A stretch of 64,000 nt of DNA from Candidatus Deferrimicrobiaceae bacterium (GTDB lineage: Bacteria > Desulfobacterota > Deferrimicrobia > Deferrimicrobiales > Deferrimicrobiaceae), in assembly GCA_963792415.1 (NCBI GenBank), contig CAWBVY010000010.1:1-64000 (forward strand), given 5' to 3'. This document shows, piece after piece, positions 38,388 through 53,420 of this stretch (its first letter is position 1; each line of letters opens with the position of its first letter). The position numbers were made by a program, and so were the translations under genes. The notes beneath the pieces are model-generated. The model was not told the origin of the DNA. It worked only from the letters and a program-made list of their open reading frames with translations, and made no database searches.

Positions 38388-39584
38388 GTGAAGCGGCTCT
38401 TTCGTCGCGTATTTTCATCCGGGGTTCCGCTCCTTCCGATCCTCGCGCTTCTTTCCGCCTGCGCGACGTCTTCCACACCGCCCCTTCCTCCGACCGGCCT
38501 CTCCGCGACGGGGGCGCTCGGCGTCATTCACCTCTCCTGGAACGACGGCGGCCCCCTGGTCGGCTACAACATCTACCGGAGCACCGACAACGTGACCTTC
38601 GCGAAGCGCAACGGAGACCGCGTCCCCGGGACGTCGTACGACGACACCATCGAGTCCCCCGACGGGGACGGGGTCGTCTATTATTACCGGATCACGGCGG
38701 AAGAAACGAACGAGTCCGATCCCTCCGACACCGTCCGCGCCGTCCACGGGACCCGGCTGGCGGCCGCCTACAATGCCGGCTTCACGAGCGACAACACGGC
38801 CAGCCCCTACGTTCTCGAGGGAACGACGGTCGTCGACGGCGGCGGCTTTCTCCTCCAGGGCGGGGACAAACTCTACCTGCTCGACAACGCGGTCCTCGAC
38901 GTCGAACAGGGGAACGACGTGACCGTCCAGGGACTGCTGCGCGTCCTTGCCGCCTCCGGGGCCTCGCACGCCACGATCACCTCCCACCGGGTCTCCGCCC
39001 CGCTCGCTCCCGGCGAAGGGCTCTCGATCACCTTCGACGGCGCGGACGACTTCAACCCCACGGACAACTCCGGGACATGGCTTCGGAACACGCTGCTGTC
39101 GAACCTGAAATCCGGCGAGGCGATCGTCGTCCGGAGCTGCTCGCCGCGGATCGAGAACTGCAAGGCGGTTTCCAACGACGGCACGGGAGCCTCGTACCTC
39201 TCGATCAACACGGACGGCGGCCCCATCCTCCGGAACTGTTCGTTCGATTTGATGACGCTGCAGGTTTCCGGCGGCGATCCCTCCACGACGGCGCTCGCGA
39301 TCGACAACAGCGTCTTCACGAACAGCTACTACGCCGTCAGCTTCCGGGACCTGGCGGGTCCGGGGGTGACCCAGGGGCAGATCGCGAACAACGTGTTCGA
39401 CGGGAGGAAGACGGCATACCTGTGGAACGTGACGGGTGCGGACGTACCGCTGGAGAACAACTTCTGGAGCGGCGCTTACCCGAACCCGGCGCCGACGGTC
39501 GTAACGGGCGGCAGCACGACGGCGACGTACTCTTTTCTCCCGGTGCTTCCGGCGGCGCCCGCCTCCGCGGGCCCCGACTGGTAG
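38388..39584 (+). CDS. Lipoprotein with FN3-like domain and probable parallel beta-helix region
   Basis: LSAC lipobox, P.GLSA...LSW...GYNIYRS...YYYRITA, then repetitive Asn/Ser/Thr beta-rich segments. Confidence 0.7.
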   Translation: MKRLFRRVFSSGVPLLPILALLSACATSSTPPLPPTGLSATGALGVIHLSWNDGGPLVGYNIYRSTDNVTFAKRNGDRVPGTSYDDTIESPDGDGVVYYYRITAEETNESDPSDTVRAVHGTRLAAAYNAGFTSDNTASPYVLEGTTVVDGGGFLLQGGDKLYLLDNAVLDVEQGNDVTVQGLLRVLAASGASHATITSHRVSAPLAPGEGLSITFDGADDFNPTDNSGTWLRNTLLSNLKSGEAIVVRSCSPRIENCKAVSNDGTGASYLSINTDGGPILRNCSFDLMTLQVSGGDPSTTALAIDNSVFTNSYYAVSFRDLAGPGVTQGQIANNVFDGRKTAYLWNVTGADVPLENNFWSGAYPNPAPTVVTGGSTTATYSFLPVLPAAPASAGPDW

Positions 39585-39606
39585 CCGGGATGGGCAGGAT
39601 CCGGAG

Positions 39607-40581
39607 ATGAAGATCGCCCTCCTCGGCGCCGCGGGCTTCACTGGGCGCGCGGCCGCGGTCCTGCTCGCCCGCCGTGACGACGTCGGCGAATTGATCCTCG
39701 TCGACTACGACATCCGGGACGCGAAGCGGCTGGCGAAGGCCCTCTCCCCGAAGTGCCGGTGGGCGATGGCGGACGTCGGGAAGCCGCTGGAGCTGTCCCG
39801 GCTCCTCGAGGGGATCGACGCGGTGGCCAGCGCGGTGGGTCCTTCCGCGGAGTACGAGAAGTCGGTGCTCCTTTCGTGCGCGGCGGGCGGTGTCGCAGCG
39901 GCCTCGATCGGGGACGCCACGACCGCGGCGGAAGACCGGCGCGAGATCGACGGGGCGTTCCGCGCCGCCGGCGCCCCGGCGGTGGTCGGGTGCGGGATGA
40001 TGCCCGGGTGGACGGAACTGCTGGCGACGCACTTCCTGCGCACGGGCGACCGGTCCCCGGTTTTCCCCCCGCCTTCCCCGGAGGGGCGCTACCTGTTCTT
40101 CTCCCCGGCCCGGTTCGGCGGGTACGGATTCCTGCGTGGGGTGGCGAAGGGGATCACCGGCGCCGCGACGGCACCCGCGGGGGCGCCGGCGGGGGGCTAT
40201 TTCGCACTGCCGGACGGGTCTCGGATCGGCGTGCCCGACGGGAAGGCGGGGAACCGGCTGCGGAGGATCGTGGGCACGGTGGGGAAACTCGGCACCGTCG
40301 GAAAGGAGTTTTCGGCGGCGCTGCTGCTGTGGACGCGCGGGGGTACGCCGGAGCCCGCGGGGGCTCCCGTCGCGGTCGCCGGGGTCGCCGCGGGCGGCCG
40401 GTTCGCCCGCGTGGAAGACCCGCGGGGGAATCTCGGCGCGGCGCTCCTGGCCGAGACGGCGGTCCGCCTCGCCGCCCGGCCCCGGAAAGCGACCGGCCTC
40501 CTGCCGCTCCCGGATCTGTTCGGGAGGAAGGAGGCCGAAGAACTCGCCGCGCGCTCCGGCGCCCGGATCGTAACGGGGTAG
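39607..40581 (+). CDS. Saccharopine dehydrogenase-like NAD(P)-binding protein
   Basis: MKIALLGAAGFTG Rossmann motif, ASAVGP, GCGMMPG. Confidence 0.65.
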   Translation: MKIALLGAAGFTGRAAAVLLARRDDVGELILVDYDIRDAKRLAKALSPKCRWAMADVGKPLELSRLLEGIDAVASAVGPSAEYEKSVLLSCAAGGVAAASIGDATTAAEDRREIDGAFRAAGAPAVVGCGMMPGWTELLATHFLRTGDRSPVFPPPSPEGRYLFFSPARFGGYGFLRGVAKGITGAATAPAGAPAGGYFALPDGSRIGVPDGKAGNRLRRIVGTVGKLGTVGKEFSAALLLWTRGGTPEPAGAPVAVAGVAAGGRFARVEDPRGNLGAALLAETAVRLAARPRKATGLLPLPDLFGRKEAEELAARSGARIVTG

Positions 40582-40589
40582 AACCCCCC

Positions 40590-42998
<2,409 letters not shown>

Positions 42999-43020
42999 GG
43001 ACCCTCCCTCTCCCATGTGT

Positions 43021-44280
<1,260 letters not shown>

Positions 44281-44292
44281 GGGGGGCCTCCG

Positions 44293-44901
44293 TCAATCCA
44301 CCAGTGGTTTGAGGGACGCGGTGCGCTTCGCGACCACCTGATCAATGATACCATACGTCCTCGCCTGCTCCGCCGACATGTAGTAATCCCTCTCGGTATC
44401 CGTGGCGATCCGCTCCAGCGGCTGTCCCGTGTGTTTCGAGAGGATCCCGTTCAGGTGCTCCCGCATGCGGAGGATCTCTTCCGCCTGGATCTTGATGTCC
44501 GTCGCCTGGCCGCGCGTTCCGCCCATCGGCTGGTGGATGAGGATCCGGGCGTTGGGGAGGGCCGTCCGCTTCCCGTGTTCCCCCCCCGCGAGCAGGACCG
44601 CCGCCATCGACGCGGCCTGCCCGAGACAGACGGCCGCCACCTGGGGCTTGATGAACTGCATCGTGTCGTAGATCGCCATCCCGGCGGTCACGACCCCCCC
44701 GGGGGAGTTGATGTAGAGGTTGATGTCCTTGTCCGGGTCCTCCGCCTCGAGGAACAGGAGCTGCGCGATCACGAGGTTCGCGACGTCGTCGTCGATCGGA
44801 CTGCCGATGAAGACGATCCGGTCCTTGAGGAGCCGGGAGTAGATGTCGTAGGCGCGCTCGCCCCGGCTGGTCTGCTCGACCACCATCGGAACCAGGTTCA
44901 T
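44293..44901 (-). CDS. clpP: Clp protease proteolytic subunit
   Basis: [20 protein letters not shown]. Confidence 0.96.
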   Translation of the reverse strand: MNLVPMVVEQTSRGERAYDIYSRLLKDRIVFIGSPIDDDVANLVIAQLLFLEAEDPDKDINLYINSPGGVVTAGMAIYDTMQFIKPQVAAVCLGQAASMAAVLLAGGEHGKRTALPNARILIHQPMGGTRGQATDIKIQAEEILRMREHLNGILSKHTGQPLERIATDTERDYYMSAEQARTYGIIDQVVAKRTASLKPLVD

Positions 44902-46184
44902 TCGGGGGCCCCCTCGGTGACTTCGGCGTTTTCCATTAAAAACCGCATCACTTTCCGCTCCAGAAGCCGGTCGCGCAACGCGTCCATCAACTCCTCGGAG
45001 CTGTAGGTCTCCCGGACCTTCTCGTACTCGATTCCCTGGGCTTCCGCCATCGCCTTCATCTCCGCGTCGATCTCGGGGAATGCGACGTCCAGGTTCTCCT
45101 GCCGGGCGATGGCGTCGATCAGCAGCCCCACCCGCACCATCCGTTCGCCGCTTGGCGCGAGCCGCTCGGACATCTTATCGACGTCCAGGCTCATTTTCTT
45201 TAAATCCACCCCCTGCGACCCCATCTTCTCCACGGTGTCGCGGATCATCGCCATGGTCTGGCGCTTCACCAGGGTGGCGGGGACCTCGAAGACGTTCCGT
45301 TCGGCCAGCCCCTTTCGCAGAAGTTCCTCGGCCCCGCGCAGGGACCGGTTCTCGGCTTCCGCGACGAGTCGCTGCCGCATCTTCACCCGCAGGTCGTCCA
45401 GGTCCGCCACATCGCCGAACTGTTTCGCGAATTCGTCATCCAGGTCGGGGAGTCTCCTCTCCCGGACGTTGCCGACCTTCACCTCGAACGCCACGGTCTT
45501 TCCGGCGTATTTCGGTACAGGGTGCTCCGCGGGGAAGGTGATCTCGAAGGCACGGGTATCCCCGGCGCCGACCCCGAGCATCTTTTCCTCGAACTCCCTC
45601 CCGAACGGGATGCCGTTGGAAAGGACGATCGCGACGTTGTCGTTGCTGTCGACCGTTTCGCCGCCCGCGGTCGCCGTGAACCCGAACTCCGCCAGATCGC
45701 CGATCCGGGCCTTGCGCCCTTCCTCGGGCATGAATTGCGCGTACGGGGTGCGAAGGCGCTCGATCGCCGCCGCCACGTCCTCGTCGGTCACGCTCACCTT
45801 CTCCCTGTACACGGGGATCCCCTTGTACTCCTTCGCCTCGATTTCCGGGACCACCTCCACCGTGGCGGAGAAGACGAAATTCTCCCCCTCGACCAACTTG
45901 GCGGCGTCCACGGCGCCCATGGAAACCACCTTGAGGTCCTTCTCCTTCATCACCTCGGTGAGCGACTCCTTCACCAGATGCTCCGACACCTCGGCCTCGA
46001 CCGAGTCGCGGAACATCCGCTTCACCATCTCTACCGGAGCCTTCCCCTTGCGGAACCCCCGCACCGGAACCATCCTGCGGATTTCCGTGAACTGCTGCTC
46101 GATCCGGCGGTCCACCTCTTCCGCCGGGATTTCGACCGTGATCTTCCGTTCGACGCCGGAAACGGCGTCCACGCTGGTTTTCAT
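44898..46184 (-). CDS. tig: Trigger factor
   Basis: GFRKGKAP ribosome-binding motif; tRNA-Leu-tig-clpP-clpX-lon synteny. Confidence 0.92.
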   Translation of the reverse strand: MKTSVDAVSGVERKITVEIPAEEVDRRIEQQFTEIRRMVPVRGFRKGKAPVEMVKRMFRDSVEAEVSEHLVKESLTEVMKEKDLKVVSMGAVDAAKLVEGENFVFSATVEVVPEIEAKEYKGIPVYREKVSVTDEDVAAAIERLRTPYAQFMPEEGRKARIGDLAEFGFTATAGGETVDSNDNVAIVLSNGIPFGREFEEKMLGVGAGDTRAFEITFPAEHPVPKYAGKTVAFEVKVGNVRERRLPDLDDEFAKQFGDVADLDDLRVKMRQRLVAEAENRSLRGAEELLRKGLAERNVFEVPATLVKRQTMAMIRDTVEKMGSQGVDLKKMSLDVDKMSERLAPSGERMVRVGLLIDAIARQENLDVAFPEIDAEMKAMAEAQGIEYEKVRETYSSEELMDALRDRLLERKVMRFLMENAEVTEGAPE

Positions 46185-46230
46185 CGCTGTGCGGTTCCCC
46201 TTTTCCCTTCGATGAGGTTCGACGGCAACC

Positions 46231-46312
46231 TGGTGCGAGAGGAGGGACTTGAACCCTCACGGTTGCCCACCGGATCCTAAATCCGGCGCGTCTGCCATTC
46301 CGCCACTCTCGC
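46231..46312 (-). tRNA. tRNA-Leu(TAG)
   Basis: GCGAGAGTGGCGGAATGG...CCGGA-TTTAGGA-TCCGG, variable arm, TTCAAG, CCA. Confidence 0.95.
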
Positions 46313-46433
46313 CCCGTTCGACGGAGCCGAACTACGTAGTATAGACGATTCCCCCGGCCGCCTCAATGGCGGACAGCCGGCGGCCGTTCCGGGGGCTTTC
46401 AGGCACTTTCAGGCATTTGCGAGCCGAAGCCCC

Positions 46434-46829
46434 TCATTCGGTGTCTTTCCTGGCGGCGAGCCGGAGCTCCCCGAGGGCCGGCGCCTCCTGGTCGAACTGC
46501 ATTCCGAAGATGTAGTGGCCCGGCGGCGCGTCCGCGGCACGGAACCAGACCACGGTCCCCTGCACCGGGACAGGCGGTTTCCCCTCCGGAAAGATGGTGG
46601 CGTCGATCCGGTTCCGGAAGGTCATGAGGGTGTCGTACATGATGTGGATCCCGTCCGGGGCGAGTCGGGGAGTCACCACGGACATCCCCGTGAGGGAGAC
46701 GTCCTGGGCGTCCCCGGTGACGGGGGAGGAAACCCGCCCGGGATCCTTTCCGCTTCGCACTGTAAAAATGACGGTGGCCACTGGACGATACCGCTCCTTC
46801 TCTCTTCGTTCCCGGCGGAATAAGGTCAT
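46434..46829 (-). CDS. PilZ domain protein
   Basis: RREKER (RxxxR) and DVSLTG (DxSxxG) motifs, G.VVW...GMQF; ATGA overlap with upstream gene. Confidence 0.8.
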   Translation of the reverse strand: MTLFRRERREKERYRPVATVIFTVRSGKDPGRVSSPVTGDAQDVSLTGMSVVTPRLAPDGIHIMYDTLMTFRNRIDATIFPEGKPPVPVQGTVVWFRAADAPPGHYIFGMQFDQEAPALGELRLAARKDTE

Positions 46830-48559
46830 CGGGCCGGGCCTTCCTTCCCTTCCTCGTCGAGACGGCGGAGCCCTTCCATCATGAGCTGCATCTCGTCCAT
46901 CTCGATCGTGCGGAGCTTCGTCAACTGCCCGTGCGCGATGACGAACGGCCCCTCCTGCCAGCGTAGCATCTCGTAGAAGGCCTGCTCCCCCGAGAGGGGC
47001 CCCAGCTCGGCATGCCGGATCCGTCCGTTCTCGAACCAGATCTTCCCTTCGCCGCCCTTGCCGGTGACGCGGACACAGGCGGTCTTCAGGCCCAGGTGAA
47101 GGGTCTGGGCGATGTCGGGGATGCCGAGGTTTCTCAGGTCCCCCGCCACTCCCGCGGCCTGGACGGTTCCCGACGCCCCCTTGCGCCACTTCGCGTCGCG
47201 CCGGATGACGTTCCGGATCCGCGCGGCCAGCTCCTTGAGGTCGACCGGCTTGATGAGGAAATCCTCGGCGCCCAGGTGCAGCGCGTCGACCTTGGTCTGC
47301 GACTCGTCCATGCCGCTCAGGAAGATGAGGGGGGTGTCTCCCCAGGGGGCGTTCGCCTCCCGCATCTTGCGGAACATCGCGATCCCGTCCATCCCCGGCA
47401 TTACCACGTCGGCCACGACCAGGTCGGGCGGATCCTTCTGCATCGCGGCCAGCGCGTTCTCGGCGCTGTCCGCGGCGACGACGTCGAACCCCTCGTTCAC
47501 GAGCTTCAGCTTCAGGAGCATGAGGTAGTCGATCTCGTCGTCGACCATCAGGATCCTCGGCTTCGGCCCAAGCCCGCGGAAGTGGAACTTCCGGTCCACG
47601 ATGGAGGTGAACAGCTCCACCACCTCGGGGTCGAACTGGGTCCCGACGTTCTTGTGGAGCTCCTGGATCGCCTCCTCGCGCGTGAGGCTCCGACTGCGGT
47701 ACGGGCGGTGGGCGGTCATCGCGGTGAAGGCGTCGACCACGGCCAGGATCCGCGCGCCGATCGGGATCTCCCGCCCCTTTAGTCCGCTCGGGTACCCTTT
47801 CCCGTCGTACCGCTCGTGGTGGTGGATGATGATCGGCTTGATCTTCCACGGGAATTCGATCGAGTCGATGATCTTCGCCCCGTTTTCGCAGTGGGACCGG
47901 ACCATCTTGAACTCCGACTCCGAGATCTCATGCTTGCCGACCAGGATGTCGCTCTTGATGCCGACCCGGCCGATGTCGTGGAGGAGCGCCCCGACCACGA
48001 TCTCGTCCACCGTCTCCCGGTCCAGCTTCATCTCCTCGGCCACGAAGCGGGCGTACTCCATCGTGATGTGGGAGTTCCCCCCGAAGAACGGGTCGTTCAC
48101 CTCGAGCAGGCTGACCAGGACGTCGACCGTCTCGATCAGGCATTTCTTGAGCCGCGCATCCTCGCCGACCGGCTTCGTGACCGCCGGCCGGGCCACGGAG
48201 GACGCGCGGAGGAGTTCGACGATTTCCCTCTGGTCGAGGATGAAGTCGGACGTGCCGAACCGGAGGACGTCGTCGGAGCTGCGGATCGTCGTGAAGGAGG
48301 AGAGGACGACGACGCGGGTCTTCGGGGAGACGCGGGTGAGGCGCCGCTTGAACTCGACGCCGGAGTAGTCGGGAAGGAACAGTTCGACGAGGGCGGTGTC
48401 GAAGGACGCGCTCCCGGCGATCTTCAGGGCCTCCGTGCCGGATGCCGCGAGCGCGACGTGGAACCCCTCCTCGGAGAGGAGGTTCGCCAGCATGTCCCGC
48501 ACCGACGGGTCATTGCTGACGACCAGGACCGGGATTCGGGCTTCCCGCGACGGTTCCAT
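46826..48559 (-). CDS. Response regulator: pseudo-REC, HD-GYP, REC and DUF4388-like domains
   Basis: LHDIG, HHERYDGKGYP, DAFTAMT..RPYR; second REC VDDE/D..MPGMDG/KP; C-terminal GDL....PDI.Q.L....KT...G.IWF..G. Confidence 0.88.
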   Translation of the reverse strand: MEPSREARIPVLVVSNDPSVRDMLANLLSEEGFHVALAASGTEALKIAGSASFDTALVELFLPDYSGVEFKRRLTRVSPKTRVVVLSSFTTIRSSDDVLRFGTSDFILDQREIVELLRASSVARPAVTKPVGEDARLKKCLIETVDVLVSLLEVNDPFFGGNSHITMEYARFVAEEMKLDRETVDEIVVGALLHDIGRVGIKSDILVGKHEISESEFKMVRSHCENGAKIIDSIEFPWKIKPIIIHHHERYDGKGYPSGLKGREIPIGARILAVVDAFTAMTAHRPYRSRSLTREEAIQELHKNVGTQFDPEVVELFTSIVDRKFHFRGLGPKPRILMVDDEIDYLMLLKLKLVNEGFDVVAADSAENALAAMQKDPPDLVVADVVMPGMDGIAMFRKMREANAPWGDTPLIFLSGMDESQTKVDALHLGAEDFLIKPVDLKELAARIRNVIRRDAKWRKGASGTVQAAGVAGDLRNLGIPDIAQTLHLGLKTACVRVTGKGGEGKIWFENGRIRHAELGPLSGEQAFYEMLRWQEGPFVIAHGQLTKLRTIEMDEMQLMMEGLRRLDEEGKEGPAR

Positions 48560-48560
48560 G

Positions 48561-50099
48561 TCAGCCCTCCCGGACATCGATGCCCGTCATTTCCGCGGGA
48601 ACGGGCAGCGCAAGAAGACCGAGGATCGTGGGGGCGAGGTCCTCGAGCGCGCGGTCTTCCCGCAGCCTCGCGCCGACGGCCCGCGGGTCGGCGAGGACGA
48701 GGGGGACGGGGTTCGTCGTGTGCGCGGTGAACGGATCGCCGGTCTTCGGGTCGACCATCTGCTCGGCGTTGCCGTGGTCGGCGGTCACGAGCGCCACCCC
48801 ACCGGCCTCCCACACCGTCTCGACGACCCGCTGCAGGCTCCGGTCCACCGCCTCGATCGCCTGGATCGCCGCCGGGAGAACGCCCGTGTGCCCAACCATG
48901 TCGCCGTTGGCGAAGTTGAGGACCATCAGGGCGTGCTTTCGCGAGGAGATCTCGGCCACGGCGCGCTCGCCGACCTCGTACGCGCTCATCTCGGGTTTCA
49001 GGTCGTAGGTCGACACGGACGGCGACGGGATCAGGATCCGCGACTCCCCGGGGTAGACCGTCTCCTCCCCGCCGTTGAAGAAGTACGTGACGTGGGCGTA
49101 CTTTTCCGTCTCGGCGATCCGGAGGTTCGGAAGACCCGCGTCGGCCAGCGCCCGCGCGAGGAGGTTGTCGAGCCGCTGCGTGGGAAAGGCCGCGGGAAGC
49201 CCGAACGTCTCGTCGTAGACGGTCATGCAGGCGTAGTCGAGGGAGAGCCGCTCGGGGCGGGGGAAGCGGTCGAACGTCTCCTGCGTGAGCGCCCGGGTGA
49301 TCTCCCGCGCGCGGTCGGCCCGGAAATTGAAGAAGATCACCGAGTCGCCGGGGGCGATCCGCCCGACCGGCCGTCCGTCCCGCACGATCACCACGGGCTC
49401 GATGAACTCGTCGGTCTTGCCCGCCGCGTAGGACGCGGCGACGGCGGCCACGGGGTCGCCGGAGGTGGCCCCCTCCCCGCGGACCATCGCCTTGTACGCC
49501 CGCTCGAGGCGGTCCCAGCGGTTGTCGCGGTCCATCGTGTAGTACCTCCCGACGACGGTCGCCACCTCCCCGGCGCCGATCTCGGCCGCCTTCGCCAGCA
49601 GGTCGCGGAGGTGGTCGATCCCGCTGTGCGGCGGAGTGTCCCGCCCGTCGAGCACCGGGTGGAGGCACACCCTCGGGACGCCCCGCTCCTTCGCCATCCG
49701 CAGCAGCGCGTACAGGTGCGTGTGAAGGGAGTGCACGCCGCCGTCGGAGAGCAGGCCCACGAGGTGAAGCGCCTTCCCGTTCCGCGTCGCCGCGTCCATG
49801 GCTTTGCCAAGGACGGGGTTCTGGAAGAAGTCGCCGGTCCGGACGGACTTCGAGATCCGGACGAGGTCCTGGTACACGACGCGTCCCGCCCCGATGTTCA
49901 GGTGCCCGACCTCGGAGTTCCCCATCTGGCCGGCCGGGAGACCCACGCGCTCCTCCGAGGCGTGGATCAGGGTTCGCGGGAACCCCGCCCAGAGCCGGTC
50001 GAAGAACGGCGTGTCGGCGAGGGCGACCGCGTTCCCTTCCTTCTCTTCGCGATGGCCCCAGCCGTCCAGGATGATCAGCGCGACGAACGGGCGTTTCAT
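48561..50099 (-). CDS. gpmI: 2,3-bisphosphoglycerate-independent phosphoglycerate mutase
   Basis: ILDGWG, MGNSEVGH, AETEKYAHVT, DMVGH, TADHGN. Confidence 0.96.
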   Translation of the reverse strand: MKRPFVALIILDGWGHREEKEGNAVALADTPFFDRLWAGFPRTLIHASEERVGLPAGQMGNSEVGHLNIGAGRVVYQDLVRISKSVRTGDFFQNPVLGKAMDAATRNGKALHLVGLLSDGGVHSLHTHLYALLRMAKERGVPRVCLHPVLDGRDTPPHSGIDHLRDLLAKAAEIGAGEVATVVGRYYTMDRDNRWDRLERAYKAMVRGEGATSGDPVAAVAASYAAGKTDEFIEPVVIVRDGRPVGRIAPGDSVIFFNFRADRAREITRALTQETFDRFPRPERLSLDYACMTVYDETFGLPAAFPTQRLDNLLARALADAGLPNLRIAETEKYAHVTYFFNGGEETVYPGESRILIPSPSVSTYDLKPEMSAYEVGERAVAEISSRKHALMVLNFANGDMVGHTGVLPAAIQAIEAVDRSLQRVVETVWEAGGVALVTADHGNAEQMVDPKTGDPFTAHTTNPVPLVLADPRAVGARLREDRALEDLAPTILGLLALPVPAEMTGIDVREG

Positions 50100-50100
50100 C

Positions 50101-51399
<1,299 letters not shown>

Positions 51400-51421
51400 C
51401 TATCGATGTCCATGGCCCGAA

Positions 51422-51880
51422 TTACGGATGAACGAATTCCTTGCCGCCTTCGCGGACCGAGAGCACGGGGCACGGCGCCATGCGAACGACCTTCTCGGCG
51501 GTGCTGCCGAAGATCACGCGCTCCACCCCGGTGCGGCCGTGCGTCCCGATGACGATCAGCCCGGCCCCGCACTCCCTGGCTTCGCGGACGATCTCCCGGT
51601 AGGGAACGCCGGAGGCCGTCCGGGTCTCCACTCCCGGGAGTCCGTCGAAGTGGGCCTTGAGGAACGCTTCCATCCCCTCGCGGGCGTACTGCTCCATCCG
51701 TCCCCGGAGCAGCTCGAGCGGGACCTCGCCCCGGAACATCGGGTCGAGCGCCGCGGGTTCGTCGAGGACGTGGAGCACGATCAGGCGGGAACCGAAGCAC
51801 TCGGCCAGCTGGCGCGCCGCCCGGGCCGCCTCGGCGGAACATCCGGAAAAGTCGGAAGGCAACAGTATCGTCTCGAACAT
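51422..51880 (-). CDS. Universal stress protein (UspA family)
   Basis: ILLPSDFS, IVIGTHGRTG...FGSTAEKVVR.APCPVL. Confidence 0.92.
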   Translation of the reverse strand: MFETILLPSDFSGCSAEAARAARQLAECFGSRLIVLHVLDEPAALDPMFRGEVPLELLRGRMEQYAREGMEAFLKAHFDGLPGVETRTASGVPYREIVREARECGAGLIVIGTHGRTGVERVIFGSTAEKVVRMAPCPVLSVREGGKEFVHP

Positions 51881-51979
51881 GACCACCCCCCGGAATGGAA
51901 ACGCCCCGGCCGGATACCGGTTCGGCCGGGGCGCGAAATCTATCGGAGAGGCAACTGCCGGATCGGACGCAGGCGCGCC

Positions 51980-52264
51980 TTACTTCTTCTTCCCGCCGAC
52001 CGCTTCCTTGAGCCCCTTCCCCGCGGTGAACTTGGGAACCTTGGCCGCCTTGATCTTGATCGCCTCGCCCGTCTGGGGGTTGCGCCCCGTGCGGGCTTTC
52101 CGGTTGCTGACGCTGAACGTACCGAAGCCGGTCAGCGTGAGCTTGTCGCCCTTCTTCAAGCTCTTGGTGACCGCGTTGAGAAACGCCGCGACCGCGTCTT
52201 CGGCCTGCCCTTTCCCGATCCCTGCGCCTTCGCGAACGGCCTCGACCAGTTCCGCCTTCGTCAT
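51980..52264 (-). CDS. hup: DNA-binding protein HU
   Basis: MTKAELV, GFGTFSV..R.ARTGRNPQTG. Confidence 0.95.
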   Translation of the reverse strand: MTKAELVEAVREGAGIGKGQAEDAVAAFLNAVTKSLKKGDKLTLTGFGTFSVSNRKARTGRNPQTGEAIKIKAAKVPKFTAGKGLKEAVGGKKK

Positions 52265-52451
52265 CTGCCGTACCTCCTGAAGTTATTGTGACGTCCCCGG
52301 AATCCGGGAAAAACGCCGATGGAGCGCAATGGAAGTTGATTTCATTAATCCCGAAAGACGCCCGCGTGTCAAGGGCTAAACGGCCGGGAAGAAATCGCCC
52401 CGGCGGCCGGAAACATTGGAATGGGAACCCGAGTTGCTATAATTAAGGGTC

Positions 52452-53420
52452 ATGCCATCGCGCCGCCGGCTTCTCATCTGCATGGGCCTCTCCATGCTCT
52501 TCCACATCCTCATCCTCCTGCTGGCATACCTGTTCCCCGCAACGCCCCGCCGCCCGGAAGAGGTCATGGAGATCGACCTCTCGGACATCCCGCGCGCGAC
52601 GGATTTCCTGCCGGCGGAGCGCGGCATCCTCGAGAGCCGGCCGCCGCGCCCCGCGCCTCCCCCGCCGGCGAGAAAGGCGGTACCGGTTCCCCCGGCGATG
52701 CAAGGGCGCGTACCGGACCTCCCCGTGAAGCCGGACCTGCCGCCCGAGGAGAAGTTCCCGGTCAGCGCGCGGAAAGCGGAACCGGCCGGCGAGGCGGAAG
52801 GCCCGAAAGGGCCGAAAGGAAAGGACGCCGGCGCGCGCGAGGCGAAGGCGGAGCCGACGCGCTCCCCCGCGACGCCGGGGAGCGCCCCCGGGGAAAGCCG
52901 CTCACCGGAAAGCGCCCCGCCGAAGTCGCTGCGGGACCTCACGCCTTCCCTCGGAAGGATGGTGATGGCGCGCCGGGAGCCGTCGGGAGGCCGCGGGCAG
53001 GGAGCGGCGGCGGGGGACGCCGTGGGCACCGGGGGAAAGGTGACCGGCGAGGAGGGCGTCACCGAGGAGGGGGGCGGCGGGTTCCGCCTGACGCCGCTGA
53101 ACGCGCCGGAGGTCCAGTACATCTCGTATTTCGCGTCGATCAAGCGGAAGATCGAGCTGGTGTGGCAATACCCGTACGAAGCCGCGGTGGCCGGGATTCA
53201 GGGCGAGCTGACCCTCGATTTCGTGATCGCGCGCAGCGGAGCGCTGAATTCGGTCGAACTGGTCCGCAGCTCGGGGTCGAAGATCCTCGACGACGAGGCG
53301 ATCCGTTCCCTCCGCGTGGCGGCCCCGTTCGATCCGATCCCCGCCGATTACAAGATCGACAGGCTGCAGATCCGCGGCCGCTTCGTCTACGTTCACGGCG
53401 GGGCGCTTCGGCTCCGCTGA
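52452..53420 (+). CDS. TonB family protein
   Basis: N-terminal TM with S...H, Pro-rich linker, TonB_C (W.YP..A...GIQG...SSG...LD.EA). Confidence 0.8.
   Translation: MPSRRRLLICMGLSMLFHILILLLAYLFPATPRRPEEVMEIDLSDIPRATDFLPAERGILESRPPRPAPPPPARKAVPVPPAMQGRVPDLPVKPDLPPEEKFPVSARKAEPAGEAEGPKGPKGKDAGAREAKAEPTRSPATPGSAPGESRSPESAPPKSLRDLTPSLGRMVMARREPSGGRGQGAAAGDAVGTGGKVTGEEGVTEEGGGGFRLTPLNAPEVQYISYFASIKRKIELVWQYPYEAAVAGIQGELTLDFVIARSGALNSVELVRSSGSKILDDEAIRSLRVAAPFDPIPADYKIDRLQIRGRFVYVHGGALRLR

Noticed and set aside
44898-46184. Degenerate-looking FKBP domain in trigger factor (no FIPGFE motif)
   Set aside because: PPIase motif divergence is common and dispensable in trigger factor; significance cannot be judged without an alignment.
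53393-53420. 28-bp convergent overlap between tonB-like and gcvH-like genes
   Set aside because: Short 3' overlaps are frequent in high-GC genomes.
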